50,051 bases of DNA from Chloroflexota bacterium. Its GTDB lineage: Bacteria > Chloroflexota > Dehalococcoidia > Lucifugimonadales > UBA3495. A program made the position numbers and the translations under genes. Shown piece after piece: positions 19,249 to 29,097 of the stretch. Numbering within the stretch: position 1 is the stretch's first letter; each line of letters begins with the position of its first letter. The notes below the pieces were generated by a model, which worked only from the letters and a program-made list of their open reading frames with translations, did not search any database and was not told the origin of the DNA. The stretch is from contig JADFPD010000003.1 of NCBI GenBank assembly GCA_022562475.1, positions 1 through 50,051 of the forward strand, in the 5' to 3' direction.

Positions 19249-20619
19249 TTGGAGTCTTCCCTTGGCGACCGGCTTGAGCAGCTATTGGGCGGTAGTGCCG
19301 TCTTGCCTGTTGACGGGTATGAAGTCGATGGGCTGACTCCGCAGGCGGTGGTGCGTCCGGCGGACCGGCTTCAAGTCTCTGAAGTTCTCCGCTGGGCTTC
19401 CGTGGAGCGGGTGAGCGTTCTGCCCAGGGGCGGCGGCACCCGGACCGGTCTAGGCAACGTCCCACGGACGGCGGACGTGGTGCTGGACCTGGGAAGGCTG
19501 GACCGGTTGTTGGACTACCAGCCCGCGGACATGACGGCCACCGTCGAGGCCGGCGTGACTCTGGCGTCGTTGCAGGAACAACTGGCCTCTGGCCGGGAAT
19601 TTGTTCCCCTGGAGGCGGCGCTGCCCAGCCGTTCCACGGTGGGCGGCATCCTGTCCGTGGGGACGGGTGGACCCTTGTCCCACGCCTACGGTCTGCCCAG
19701 AGAGTGGCTGATCGGCATCGGCGTCCTCAGCCCCAGTGGCGTGGCCACCAAGGCCGGCGGCAAGGTGGTCAAGAATGTGACCGGCTACGACCTGAATAAG
19801 CTCTACACCGGCTCGTTGGGCACCCTGGGTGTGATCGTCGAAGCCTCGTTCAAACTCTTGCCCATCGACCCCCATTCCGGGACGTTGTTGGCGTCATTCC
19901 CGTCCATCGCGGCCTCCCTCTCGGCCGGCCGAAAGTTGCTCCACTCCCAGGCCGCTCCCATGGGTTTCCACAGCATTTCCACGGGTGTCTCACGGCGGCT
20001 GCAGGATTCCGTCCAAGCCGCATCCCAGGACTTGGGACTGGGCGACGAGGAAACCGCCCTATCCTTCGCCTTCTTCTCAGGGCGGGCCAAGGCTACCAGG
20101 CGTAGGATGGAGGAGGCGGCGGCCCTGCTACTGGCTGAGGGGGCCAACGCAGTGCAGCGTATCGAGAATTCCGCGGCCAAAGGAATGCTGCGCTGGATCA
20201 CCGACGCTCCATCGGAGATCAGCCCCAGCTCCGCTCTGGTCATCAAAGTATCCGTCCAGTCCAAATCAGCCGCCCGCACCTCCGCTGAATGCGGCGATAT
20301 TCTTATCTCCGGCGAGAAGCCGGATCAGATGGCCGACCCTGGTTTCGGCAGCATCCGGCTGTTCTGGCCGCGACTCCCAGATGAGCAAACGGGCAGTGCC
20401 GATAATGAACAACCCGTCTTGGACGCGGTCCAACAGACCCGGCAGATCGCTAACCGGTACGGCGGTTCGGCGGTTGTGGAATACTGTCCTCTACCGGTGA
20501 AGCGCCAGATCGACGTCTGGGGAGACGCTCCCGACAGCCTGGCCGTGATGCGTAACATCAAAGACCGGTTCGATCCCAGCGGGATCCTGAACCCAGGCCG
20601 GTTCCTGGGAGGTATATAA
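19249..20619 (+). CDS. glcE: Glycolate oxidase FAD-binding subunit GlcE-like
   Basis: DYQPADMTATVEAG, GGKVVKNVTGYDLNKL..GSLGTLG and FDPSGILNPGRF. Confidence 0.88.
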   Translation: MESSLGDRLEQLLGGSAVLPVDGYEVDGLTPQAVVRPADRLQVSEVLRWASVERVSVLPRGGGTRTGLGNVPRTADVVLDLGRLDRLLDYQPADMTATVEAGVTLASLQEQLASGREFVPLEAALPSRSTVGGILSVGTGGPLSHAYGLPREWLIGIGVLSPSGVATKAGGKVVKNVTGYDLNKLYTGSLGTLGVIVEASFKLLPIDPHSGTLLASFPSIAASLSAGRKLLHSQAAPMGFHSISTGVSRRLQDSVQAASQDLGLGDEETALSFAFFSGRAKATRRRMEEAAALLLAEGANAVQRIENSAAKGMLRWITDAPSEISPSSALVIKVSVQSKSAARTSAECGDILISGEKPDQMADPGFGSIRLFWPRLPDEQTGSADNEQPVLDAVQQTRQIANRYGGSAVVEYCPLPVKRQIDVWGDAPDSLAVMRNIKDRFDPSGILNPGRFLGGI

Positions 20620-21930
20620 ATGGCCCAACCCTTTACTGGAATCACGGGCGGATTCACCGGCCCCGACGCCCCGGACGAGGCCGACCTCTACCGCTGCGTC
20701 CACTGCGGGCTGTGCCTCAGCTCCTGCCCCACCTACGTCGAGACGGGGCTGGAGATGGAGTCCCCCAGGGGCCGCCTGGCCCTGATGAAGGCGGTTAACG
20801 AAGGCCGCGTGGAGATCACCCCCAGGATCGTCTCCCATTGGGATATGTGCCTCCAATGCCGCGCCTGCGAAGCGGTGTGTCCGTCGGGAGTCCCCTACGG
20901 CCGCATCATGGAACGCACCCGGGCCCAGGTTAGGGCCGCCGGTCTCCAGTCCCGAGAACTGAAGCGGTTCAGCCGTTTCTTCCTCAACTCCGCATTGCCC
21001 AATCCGAAAAAACTCCGGATGGGAGCGAATTTCATCCGCCTTTACCAGCGGTTGGGCATCCAGAAGCTGGTCCGGCTTTCCCACCTGCTCTACCTGCTGC
21101 CGGGCGGAATCGGAAAACTTGAGTCCCAATTGCCTCCCTTGAGCCGAAGGTTCTTCGGCCCGTCGGATTCGGTCCATCCGGCCCATGGGGAGAAGAAGAT
21201 GACCGTGGCGCTGCTGTCCGGCTGCGTCATGCCCCTGATGCAGGGGCCAACAATGGAGGCCACGGTGCGGGTCCTGACACGAAACAGCTGCGATGTGATG
21301 GTGCCTCAAGGACAGGGATGCTGCGGGGCGCTGAACGCCCACGCCGGCGACCTAGACAACAGCCGAGCCATGGCCCGGACAAACATCGACTCGCTGATGG
21401 CCGCCGGAGTGGAGCGAATAATCACCTCGTCCGCCGGCTGCGGTTCAAGTATGAAAGAATACGCCGAATGGCTGAAAGACGACCTAGAATACCGCGATAA
21501 GGCAATCCGGTTCGGCGAGATGACCCAAGACGTGACCGAGTTTCTGGTGGGCCTGCCCTTTCAGGCCCCCACCGCGGCGGTCAACCGCAGGGTCACCTTC
21601 CAGGACCCCTGCCACTTGGCCCACGCCCAGCGCATCACCGCCGCGCCACGGACCATCCTGAACTCCATCCCTGGCGTCGAACTGGTGGAGATGGAGAATT
21701 CCAGCCTCTGCTGCGGCGGGGCCGGGTTCTATTCATCGGTCCAGCCCGCCCTGTCCCAAAGGCTGCTCAAGCGAAAGATGGCCAGCATCGACGCCACGGA
21801 CACCCAGGAAGTCATCACCGCGAACCCGGGCTGCATGCTCCAAGTGGAACAGGGGTTCAAGTCCCAGGGCAAGCGGGGCCGGGTTCGGCACATCGTGGAC
21901 ATACTCGATGAGGCCTATAGCCTGGAATAG
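20620..21930 (+). CDS. glcF: Glycolate oxidase iron-sulfur subunit GlcF-like
   Basis: Two 4Fe-4S motifs (CVHCGLCLSSCP, CLQCRACEAVCP) and two CCG domains. Confidence 0.9.
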   Translation: MAQPFTGITGGFTGPDAPDEADLYRCVHCGLCLSSCPTYVETGLEMESPRGRLALMKAVNEGRVEITPRIVSHWDMCLQCRACEAVCPSGVPYGRIMERTRAQVRAAGLQSRELKRFSRFFLNSALPNPKKLRMGANFIRLYQRLGIQKLVRLSHLLYLLPGGIGKLESQLPPLSRRFFGPSDSVHPAHGEKKMTVALLSGCVMPLMQGPTMEATVRVLTRNSCDVMVPQGQGCCGALNAHAGDLDNSRAMARTNIDSLMAAGVERIITSSAGCGSSMKEYAEWLKDDLEYRDKAIRFGEMTQDVTEFLVGLPFQAPTAAVNRRVTFQDPCHLAHAQRITAAPRTILNSIPGVELVEMENSSLCCGGAGFYSSVQPALSQRLLKRKMASIDATDTQEVITANPGCMLQVEQGFKSQGKRGRVRHIVDILDEAYSLE

Positions 21931-21989
21931 ACCCGGGTAAGCCATCTTCGACCTGACGCGGTATGGGCGAGTTTTAATCCCAGCCAACA

Positions 21990-22014
21990 GGATTTCGGCC
22001 TACGCCGGAATGAC
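21990..22014. repeat. REP-like palindrome (reverse complement GTCATTCCGGCGTAGGCCGAAATCC) inside a larger ATCCCAGCC/GGCTGGGAT inverted repeat
   Basis: Resembles the widespread GTCATTCCGGCGnAGGCCGGAATCC extragenic repeat; single copy in this window. Confidence 0.5.
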
Positions 22015-22045
22015 GGGGAAGGCCGGCTGGGATAGTTACACCACC

Positions 22046-22078
22046 AAAAAGAGGCCCGCGTCAGCGGGCCCCTTTCTT
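22046..22078. terminator. Bidirectional terminator between convergent glcF and acyl-CoA dehydrogenase
   Basis: AAAAAGA-GGCCCGC-gtca-GCGGGCC-CCTTTCTT. Confidence 0.75.
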
Positions 22079-22100
22079 CGTTTGCCGTAAGTCCAAAAGA

Positions 22101-23276
22101 TCAGCCGCGAGGCAGACCCAGACCTCTTCCGGCGATGATGTTTCGCTGGATCTCCGAGGTCCCGGCGGCGATGGTGCCGGCGAAGGCGTTCATCCAGTGT
22201 TCCTGGACTCGGCCCTTCAGCGGCGCCCATTTTTCTTCCCGGCCCAGGGTGCCGTACATGCCCAGGATGTCCAAAGATGCCTCGGCCACCTTTTGCACCG
22301 TTTCGCTGCCGAAAACTTTGCTCATGGACGCTTCCTTGGTGGGAATGAGGTCCTGAGACTGCATGTAGGCCACGTTGTAGGCCATCAACCGCGCTACCTC
22401 ACAGTCGATGTACCGGTCGGCCAACAGGGCGCGCACCCAGGGAATCTCAATGATCGGCTGTCCGTTGCGCTTGGTGTCGGTAGCGAACTCCTTGGTGTCA
22501 TCCAGCATCCGGCGGGCGGAGGCGGAATAGTCGATGCCCGAGCGCTCAAAGTCCAGCAGGGTGACCGCCACGTACCAACCACGGTCTTCATCGCCCACCA
22601 CGTTGGCCCTGGGTACCCGGACATCGTCGAAAGTAACCTGGTTGAACTCGTGGCCACCGGCCATGTTGATGATGGGGCGGACCGACACTCCGGGACTCTT
22701 CATGTCCACCAGCACAAAGCTGATGCCGCGGTGCTTGGGGGCGTCTGGGTCGGTGCGGGTCAGCAGCATGATCCAGTCGGCGCGGTGGGCCATGGTGGTC
22801 CACACCTTGGCGCCGTTTATGACCAAATCGTCGCCGTCACGCACGGCCCGGGTGCTGAGGGAGGCCAGGTCCGAGCCTGATTCGGGCTCGCTGTAACCCT
22901 GGCACCACTGGATCTCGCCCTTGGCCACCGATGGCAGATGAGTCTTCCTCTGCTCTTCGGAGCCATGGATCATCAGTGTGGGGCCCAGCATGCGGACACC
23001 GAAGATGTCCCGTCCGGGGGCCCTCATATAGGAAAGCTCTTCGTTAAAGATAGCCGATTTCACCGGAGAGGCGGCTTGCCCGCCATATTCTTCCGGCCAG
23101 TGCATCGTGAGCCAGCCCTTCTCCGCCATCTTTTTTCGGATGACTCCGTTCAGGTCCCAGTCGTCGTCTTCGGGATAGCGGCCGGCGCCTTCCCAGGGGT
23201 CCGGGAGCTCGGTCTTCATGAATGTCCGAAGTTCTTTCCGAAAGTCTTCGTCCTCGGCCGTGAACTTAAATTCCAC
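22101..23276 (-). CDS. Acyl-CoA dehydrogenase family protein
   Basis: WCQGYSEPESGSDLASL, INGAKVWTT, EFNQVTFDDVRVP and TIAAGTSEIQRNII. Confidence 0.93.
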   Translation of the reverse strand: MEFKFTAEDEDFRKELRTFMKTELPDPWEGAGRYPEDDDWDLNGVIRKKMAEKGWLTMHWPEEYGGQAASPVKSAIFNEELSYMRAPGRDIFGVRMLGPTLMIHGSEEQRKTHLPSVAKGEIQWCQGYSEPESGSDLASLSTRAVRDGDDLVINGAKVWTTMAHRADWIMLLTRTDPDAPKHRGISFVLVDMKSPGVSVRPIINMAGGHEFNQVTFDDVRVPRANVVGDEDRGWYVAVTLLDFERSGIDYSASARRMLDDTKEFATDTKRNGQPIIEIPWVRALLADRYIDCEVARLMAYNVAYMQSQDLIPTKEASMSKVFGSETVQKVAEASLDILGMYGTLGREEKWAPLKGRVQEHWMNAFAGTIAAGTSEIQRNIIAGRGLGLPRG

Positions 23277-23341
23277 AGCGGCTCTCCTAACTGGGTCCCT
23301 TTCGGGACCTAAATACCAGACCTAAGAACTAGAACGGAAGC

Positions 23342-23578
23342 CTAACCGCCCACCGCCACGCAGGTGACTGTGCGCACGACACCGGCGACCGTGTGGATAT
23401 GGCCGGTGACGAGGTCGCCGACGACGGTCATATCCTCGCCGGATACCTCTGCGATTATGTCGTAGGGACCCGTGACCACGTCCACCGTCGTGATGCCCGG
23501 TAGACCGGATAGGGTGTTTGCCACATCGCGCGTTTTTCCGACCGCGGTTTCGATCAACAGATATGCTTTGGTTGCCAT
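23342..23578 (-). CDS. Stand-alone Lrp/AsnC ligand-binding (RAM) domain protein
   Basis: AYLLIET..GK, VTGPYDIIA, GVVRTVTC; GAGGGG RBS before ATG at 23578. Confidence 0.88.
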   Translation of the reverse strand: MATKAYLLIETAVGKTRDVANTLSGLPGITTVDVVTGPYDIIAEVSGEDMTVVGDLVTGHIHTVAGVVRTVTCVAVGG

Positions 23579-23639
23579 GGTCCCCCCTCTTCGGTCCTGC
23601 CGGGTCCGGGCTCGCTGGGTGCCCGGTGGGTTGAACGTC

Positions 23640-23669
23640 ATTTTACGGCGCGGCTTCTCACGGTGTCAA
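23640..23669 (-). promoter_or_regulatory. Sigma70-type promoter of the Lrp/AsnC-domain gene
   Basis: TTGACA-N18-TAAAAT. Confidence 0.6.
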
Positions 23670-23724
23670 TTTGGCGCGGAGGCGCCGGTTCAAAAAATGC
23701 AAGTGGAATATATAATGTTTCACC

Positions 23725-24450
23725 ATGGCCGGGAAAATGGAAACCCTGAAGGCGGGCGCATCCCAGTTGGGAATCGCCTTGTCCGAAGGCCAATTGGACC
23801 AGTTCGAGACCTACTTCCATGAGCTGGCCGACTGGAACCGACGGGCCAATCTGACCTCCATCTCTGGGTATGAAGAAGTCCAGGTCAAGCACTTCTTGGA
23901 CTCGTTGACCGTGTGCTTGGCGGCGCGCGATATTTTGGACGGACCGGTCCGTGTTATTGAAGTGGGCGCCGGGGCGGGATTGCCGGGCCTGGCCTTGAAA
24001 CTGGCTTTTCCGGAGATAAAACTCGCTTTGCTGGAATCGGTCGCGAAGAAGACCGCTTTCCTGCATCACATCGTTGAAAAGCTTGGCCTGGAGGGCGTTT
24101 CAGTCTATACCGGCCGCGCCGAAGACTTGGCCCGTGAAAAGGACTTGAGGGATGCCTTCGACCTGGTGGTAGTGCGGGCCCTGGCCAAGTTGCCGTTGCT
24201 ATTGGAGCTCTCCTTGCCCTTCTGCAAGACCGGCGGCCGGTTGGTCGCGTTGAAACACGGGGGCGACTGGACAGAACAAGAATCAGCGGCCAACGCCCTC
24301 GCGGAGTTGGGCGGGCAGATAGAAAGGGTGTCCACGGTGGTGCTTGAGGGCCTGACCGACGACCGGGTCGTCATCTCGGTGGACAAAACCAAGCCGACCC
24401 CGGCGCGTTATCCGCGGGCGGTTGGGATACCGGGCAAGCGGCCGCTCTAA
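23725..24450 (+). CDS. rsmG: 16S rRNA m7G527 methyltransferase
   Basis: WNRRANLTSI, KHFLDSL, EVGAGAGLPG, GRAE and TPARYPRAVGIPGKRPL. Confidence 0.95.
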   Translation: MAGKMETLKAGASQLGIALSEGQLDQFETYFHELADWNRRANLTSISGYEEVQVKHFLDSLTVCLAARDILDGPVRVIEVGAGAGLPGLALKLAFPEIKLALLESVAKKTAFLHHIVEKLGLEGVSVYTGRAEDLAREKDLRDAFDLVVVRALAKLPLLLELSLPFCKTGGRLVALKHGGDWTEQESAANALAELGGQIERVSTVVLEGLTDDRVVISVDKTKPTPARYPRAVGIPGKRPL

Positions 24451-24467
24451 GCCCCTGCCACAGACAT

Positions 24468-24497
24468 AAAAAGGACCCGCCGCGAGGCGGGTCCTTT
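24468..24497. terminator. Bidirectional terminator between rsmG and the subtilase gene
   Basis: AAAGGACCCGCC-gcga-GGCGGGTCCTTT with GNRA loop. Confidence 0.85.
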
Positions 24498-24520
24498 CCA
24501 GATAACCAAGTTGATCAGCT

Positions 24521-26443
24521 TTACTCTGCTTGGAAAGCTGCGCTGTTCGCTCCGTTCTTGTTGTTATTGCTGGTAGATTTACAGACACGGCCGAAGGGAC
24601 CAGAGTTCCCGTCCCAAGTCAGCCCAGCGGCGACTAGATCGTCAACGTCGGTCGAATAGCAACCCGAAGGGGCGTTCCTCAACCGGAAAGTAACTGAACC
24701 ATCGGCGCCAGTCGATGCCGTTCCCGTCCAGGATGCACCTGACGAGACATTGTTCAGAGTGATGCTAACCGTGGCGCTTTCCACGGGATTGCCCAGATCA
24801 TCAGCCACGTTCACCGTCACTCTGAGGTCTTTATCCCCGTTCTTGCCTCCGCTAAGCAAGTGGTCCACGCCTGTCACGCTGACCACTGTTCCAGCCGGTG
24901 GCGGCGGCGGAGCATCGACGACTTCCAAACTGGCCGAGTTGCTCCCGATCGTGTCCTGGGTGGCTGAGATACCAGCAAAGCCGGTCGATAATCCGGTGGC
25001 TAGGCCAGAGTCGTCTACACTGGCGACCGTCCCCGCGTCGGAGGCCCAAGTCACACTGGCGGTGATGTCAGCAGTGCTGCTGTCATCGTAAGACCCGGTC
25101 GCGGTGAATTGCTGGGTCCCGCCAACCACCACCTGCGCATCCACGGGTGTGACGGCGATGGAAACGAGGAGCGCAGCCTCAGGGGGAGGCGGCGGCGTCC
25201 AACCGCTGCCGGCGTTCAGCATGGGTTCTGCGATGCCGTCCGTATCCCCGTCGAAACCACCGGGGCCGCTCTGGGCCCAGGCGCTTGCCACCAACGCCGC
25301 GCGGACATCCGCAGGTGACAGGGTAGGATTGACGGCCAATAACAAGGCCGCTGCCCCAGCCACGTGGGGGCTGGCCATGCTGGTGCCGCTCATCGTCGCG
25401 GTCCCACCACCCATGTAGGTGGACAGGATACTGACTCCGGGGGCAGCGATATCGACGGAGGCGCCGAAGTTGCTGAAGCAAGCTAAGGAGTCGTCGTCTC
25501 TTTCTGTACAACTGCTAAAGGTTACCGTTTGATCACTTAGGCCGCCCGGCTGGCCATCAAAGTCGGCCACCGCTGAAACTGTGATCACATCATCGTGGTT
25601 GGCCGGGCTGTAACCGGCCGAGTCCGACATGCTGTTCCCCGCGGCCACGGCGAAGGTCACTCCCTGCGCCACGGCGTTGGTTAACGCGGCATCTAGCGCT
25701 GAACTGCTGCATGCGCAACCCAAACTCATGTTGGCGACTTCGATACTGGCCGAGTTCTGCGCCACGTAGTCGACGCCGGCGATGATCCAGTTCATCCAAC
25801 CGGAGCCGTCATTGCCCAAGACCTTGACGGCCCATAAGCGTGCGCCTGGAGCCATGCCCACCACGCTGTCGCCGTTGTCCCGGGCGGCCACGGTTCCGGC
25901 CACATGGGTCCCGTGCCCGGCGCCGTCGTCAGCGCCACTGTCCCCGCCTTTGCAACTGGTGTTTTTCGGCCCTTTTCGTGCGCAGTTGGTCCACTTGAAA
26001 ACATTCAAGTCCGGATGATCCAGGTCTATGCCGGTGTCGATGATGGCGACGTCCACATCGACCTCACCACCGTCGCCCGCGATACCGGACACGCTGTTAA
26101 GGTCTGCATCCGACCGATCGATGCCGGTGGGCAGGAAAGCTTGGACCGCCTGGTTCTCTTCAACAAACGCGACCCGGGGGTCGTTGGCCAGAGCCTTCAA
26201 CCGGCCGGCCGGGACTACCGCCGCCATCCCGCTCAACGCGTGACTGTAGACGTTGTTAACCGTTAACCCGTGGGCGCTGGCCAAGGAACCTGCGGCATCT
26301 CGGGCGTCCACGCCATCATTGAACACGATGATATGGGTAGCGATCTGGCCGTCTTGGCCGTTCGCTGCTCCCACCGGTGAGGCAGCCAAAGCGGCCAGCA
26401 ATATAGCTGCGAAAATCGCTAAGATCGAAAATTGGTTCTTCAT
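24521..26443 (-). CDS. Secreted S8 subtilisin-like serine protease with I9 propeptide, Big_2 Ig domain and C-terminal Ig-like domain
   Basis: Signal peptide; catalytic triad IDTG / HGTHVAG / GTSMASPHVAG; SIAVTP...GGTQQFTATG Big_2 signature. Confidence 0.93.
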   Translation of the reverse strand: MKNQFSILAIFAAILLAALAASPVGAANGQDGQIATHIIVFNDGVDARDAAGSLASAHGLTVNNVYSHALSGMAAVVPAGRLKALANDPRVAFVEENQAVQAFLPTGIDRSDADLNSVSGIAGDGGEVDVDVAIIDTGIDLDHPDLNVFKWTNCARKGPKNTSCKGGDSGADDGAGHGTHVAGTVAARDNGDSVVGMAPGARLWAVKVLGNDGSGWMNWIIAGVDYVAQNSASIEVANMSLGCACSSSALDAALTNAVAQGVTFAVAAGNSMSDSAGYSPANHDDVITVSAVADFDGQPGGLSDQTVTFSSCTERDDDSLACFSNFGASVDIAAPGVSILSTYMGGGTATMSGTSMASPHVAGAAALLLAVNPTLSPADVRAALVASAWAQSGPGGFDGDTDGIAEPMLNAGSGWTPPPPPEAALLVSIAVTPVDAQVVVGGTQQFTATGSYDDSSTADITASVTWASDAGTVASVDDSGLATGLSTGFAGISATQDTIGSNSASLEVVDAPPPPPAGTVVSVTGVDHLLSGGKNGDKDLRVTVNVADDLGNPVESATVSITLNNVSSGASWTGTASTGADGSVTFRLRNAPSGCYSTDVDDLVAAGLTWDGNSGPFGRVCKSTSNNNKNGANSAAFQAE

Positions 26444-26554
26444 GATCCGCCGTCAAATCCCTTAACTTTCCTGAAGATAGTTTGCCTCGCATTTCCCCGC
26501 TTTAGGTGTGCGCGGCGTGTACAAGGCCGATGTATTTCTTGGATAGTGCGGATA

Positions 26555-26583
26555 ATTATGAACAACCGTTTGCCTACGGTCAA
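26555..26583 (-). promoter_or_regulatory. Sigma70-type promoter of the subtilase gene
   Basis: TTGACC-N17-CATAAT. Confidence 0.55.
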
Positions 26584-26716
26584 GACATTTACTCGTAATT
26601 ATGTAAAACGAGATTGGTGTTGCGGGGGCCCGCCCGCGCCTATATCATCTACAACACCGGTCACGGCGTGGCGCTTAAACCGGCAACTGTAACTCAGAAG
26701 CAATTCGGAGGGCTTT

Positions 26717-27658
26717 ATGTCCGTGATGGTCACCGGCGGCACGGGGTTCATCGGCAACCGAATCATCCGCAAACTGCTCGACCGGGGTGAAGAGGTGGTC
26801 TGTTTCGACCTTGCCCCGGCCCGGGCCAACCTGGAGCCCTATCTGGACCGCATCAAGATGTACCGGGGCGACGTGACCCAACTTCCCCACCTGTTGGAGG
26901 CGATCAACACCAACGGGGTCCACAAGATCATTCACATGGCGGCGCTCTTGCCCCCAGACACCGAGGAGCGGCACCATTACGCCATGCAGGTAAACATCGG
27001 TGGCACCAACAACGTGTTTGAAGCGGCCCGTTGGACCGGGATTCAGCGGGTGGTCTACGCCAGTTCCATCGCTGTCTACGGGGTCCAAACAAACTTCGGC
27101 GAACGGCCCATCAACGAAGACGACCTCAACGACCCAATCAACGTTTACGGAATGACTAAGTCGGTGAACGACTTCTCGGCCAAGCGCTACATCGACCGCC
27201 ACGGCCTGGATTTACGGGGTGTGAGGATCTGCACCGTATTCGGCCACGGCAGGGTCACCGGCATGACCGGCATGATCGGCGGGCTCATGATGTCCCTGCC
27301 GGCCATCGGAAAGCCGGTGAGCATGCCATTTCACCAAGATGAGCAATCGCCCATGATTCATGCGGAAGACGCAGCCGAGATATTCGTCAGGGCGGCCCTG
27401 GCCGAGAAGTTGAACCACCCGGTCTACATCAGCGGCGGCAACCTTTGCACCATAAAAGATATGGCCGACATCGTTCGGGAGATCATCCCAGGCGCCCAGA
27501 TATCCACCGGCGACCAGTTGGTGCCCCACGTGTACAACGTGGACAATAGCCGGATGCTGGCCGACATCGGCTACGAGATCGCGCCCCTGCGGCAGCGGAT
27601 ACTGGACCACATCAACGACGCCCGCGCCGAGGCGGGGATGGAGCCCATCAGCGGGTAA
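26717..27658 (+). CDS. NAD-dependent epimerase/dehydratase (extended SDR)
   Basis: TGGTGFIG, YASSIAVYG and YGMTK (YxxxK). Confidence 0.9.
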   Translation: MSVMVTGGTGFIGNRIIRKLLDRGEEVVCFDLAPARANLEPYLDRIKMYRGDVTQLPHLLEAINTNGVHKIIHMAALLPPDTEERHHYAMQVNIGGTNNVFEAARWTGIQRVVYASSIAVYGVQTNFGERPINEDDLNDPINVYGMTKSVNDFSAKRYIDRHGLDLRGVRICTVFGHGRVTGMTGMIGGLMMSLPAIGKPVSMPFHQDEQSPMIHAEDAAEIFVRAALAEKLNHPVYISGGNLCTIKDMADIVREIIPGAQISTGDQLVPHVYNVDNSRMLADIGYEIAPLRQRILDHINDARAEAGMEPISG

Positions 27659-27732
27659 GAATGGGCACAGCCAACCTGGGTTATAATTGCTTTCGATTTT
27701 AGCAACCAAAAATATAGCCTTAGAGAGACAGA

Positions 27733-28665
27733 ATGAGTATCGCCATCGGTTACATGCCAGGAGCCTACGGAGAGGGTGGGGAAGACCACGAATATCTTCG
27801 GAAGTTGGTGGAGATCGGCGACAAGCACGAATACGACTCACTCTGGCTCAGCGACCGGATCGTTGGCGAGAAGTTCAGCCTTGAGCCCATGATGGCCTGC
27901 TCCATGGTCCTGGCGTACTCGGACCGCCTCAAGGTCGGCACCAGCGTGCTGGCCCTGCCCCTTCGCAACCCAGTGGTGTTGGCCAAGCAGATAGCCACCC
28001 TGGATTACCTGTCCCAAGGGCGGTTCTTTCCAGCGGTGGGGTTGGGCCAAGAAGAGCCGGAGGAGTACGAGGCCTGCGGCGTCACCAAGGAACGGCGCGG
28101 ACCCAGGACGGATGAGGCGATCGAACTGATGCGCCGCCTGTGGGAAGAGGATAACGTCACCCACGAGGGCGAGTTCTTCAATTGCCACAACGTGACTGTC
28201 ACCCCAAAGCCGTACTTTAAGCCATCGACTCCTGTTTGGATCGGAGGGCGGTCTCCCGCCGCCGCCCGGCGCGTCGGGCGGGTGGGCGACGGTTGGCTGG
28301 TCTCCAGCGCCACGCCCGAAGAAGTGAAAGAGGGTTGCAGCATCCTTTTTGAAACGGCCAACGAGCACCACCGTGAGATTGAAGACGACCACGTTGGGGT
28401 CTTGATGGGTTATTACATCTCAGACGACGTGGCCGGGGCCACCGAGAAGGCCAGCCGGTTCGTGACCCGCCAACGCCCTGACGCCCATTTCACCGAGTTC
28501 ACCGCCGTTGGGCCGGTGGAGAAGGTGGCCGAATTCGTACAGAGGTACATAGAAGCCGGCGGGTCCAAGTTCGTGATGCGGCCCATGTGCCCTGCTGACG
28601 AGACCATGGAACAGCTAGAGATCCTGGGCGAAGAGCTGCTGCCCATGTTTCCTCTAAAGAAGTAG
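27733..28665 (+). CDS. LLM-class (luciferase-like) flavin/F420-dependent oxidoreductase
   Basis: DSLWLSD, LRNPVVLAKQIATLDYLSQGR and PVWIGG...AARRVGRVGDGW. Confidence 0.9.
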   Translation: MSIAIGYMPGAYGEGGEDHEYLRKLVEIGDKHEYDSLWLSDRIVGEKFSLEPMMACSMVLAYSDRLKVGTSVLALPLRNPVVLAKQIATLDYLSQGRFFPAVGLGQEEPEEYEACGVTKERRGPRTDEAIELMRRLWEEDNVTHEGEFFNCHNVTVTPKPYFKPSTPVWIGGRSPAAARRVGRVGDGWLVSSATPEEVKEGCSILFETANEHHREIEDDHVGVLMGYYISDDVAGATEKASRFVTRQRPDAHFTEFTAVGPVEKVAEFVQRYIEAGGSKFVMRPMCPADETMEQLEILGEELLPMFPLKK

Positions 28666-28667
28666 CT

Positions 28668-29093
28668 GTGCTTGGGAACTTCCCCCTCCCCGTGAAATTC
28701 TCCAATCTCTATATCGCCGCCATCATCTTTGGACTCATCGGGGCCCTCGGTGGCGCCTTTGCCGGTGGGTTTATTGCCGCGGCTACCTGCGACGGCGGCC
28801 TAGAGTGTTTGGGGACGGCGTTCTTGGGCGTGGGACTAGAGGCGATCGTGGCGGAATCCTGCGTCATGACGCTGGCGGTCCATAACGTCAACAATGGCCG
28901 GGGGAATCTGCTTCTGACCTGCCTGCCCACCCTAGCGCTGGCCGTGCCCATACTTTACGCTTTGATGCTGGGGTTCACTGCGCCGTTGGCAGTGCCATTG
29001 TTCCTGTTTCAGGCGTGGGTCTGTGTAAAGGTCCAATTAGCCACGCACGGCAAAAGAGGGGCGGTGCGCCGAGCAAGATCTGGTTCTAGGTGA
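28668..29093 (+). CDS. Hypothetical membrane protein (about 4 TM)
   Basis: Hydrophobic ORF filling the gap directly after the LLM gene; start uncertain. Confidence 0.55.
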   Translation: MLGNFPLPVKFSNLYIAAIIFGLIGALGGAFAGGFIAAATCDGGLECLGTAFLGVGLEAIVAESCVMTLAVHNVNNGRGNLLLTCLPTLALAVPILYALMLGFTAPLAVPLFLFQAWVCVKVQLATHGKRGAVRRARSGSR

Positions 29094-29097
29094 TCCG

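Noticed and set aside
26444-26550. c-di-GMP-I riboswitch in the subtilase leader (GGCAAAC...GAAA)
   Set aside because: The expected stem and downstream GACGCAAA-type element are missing.
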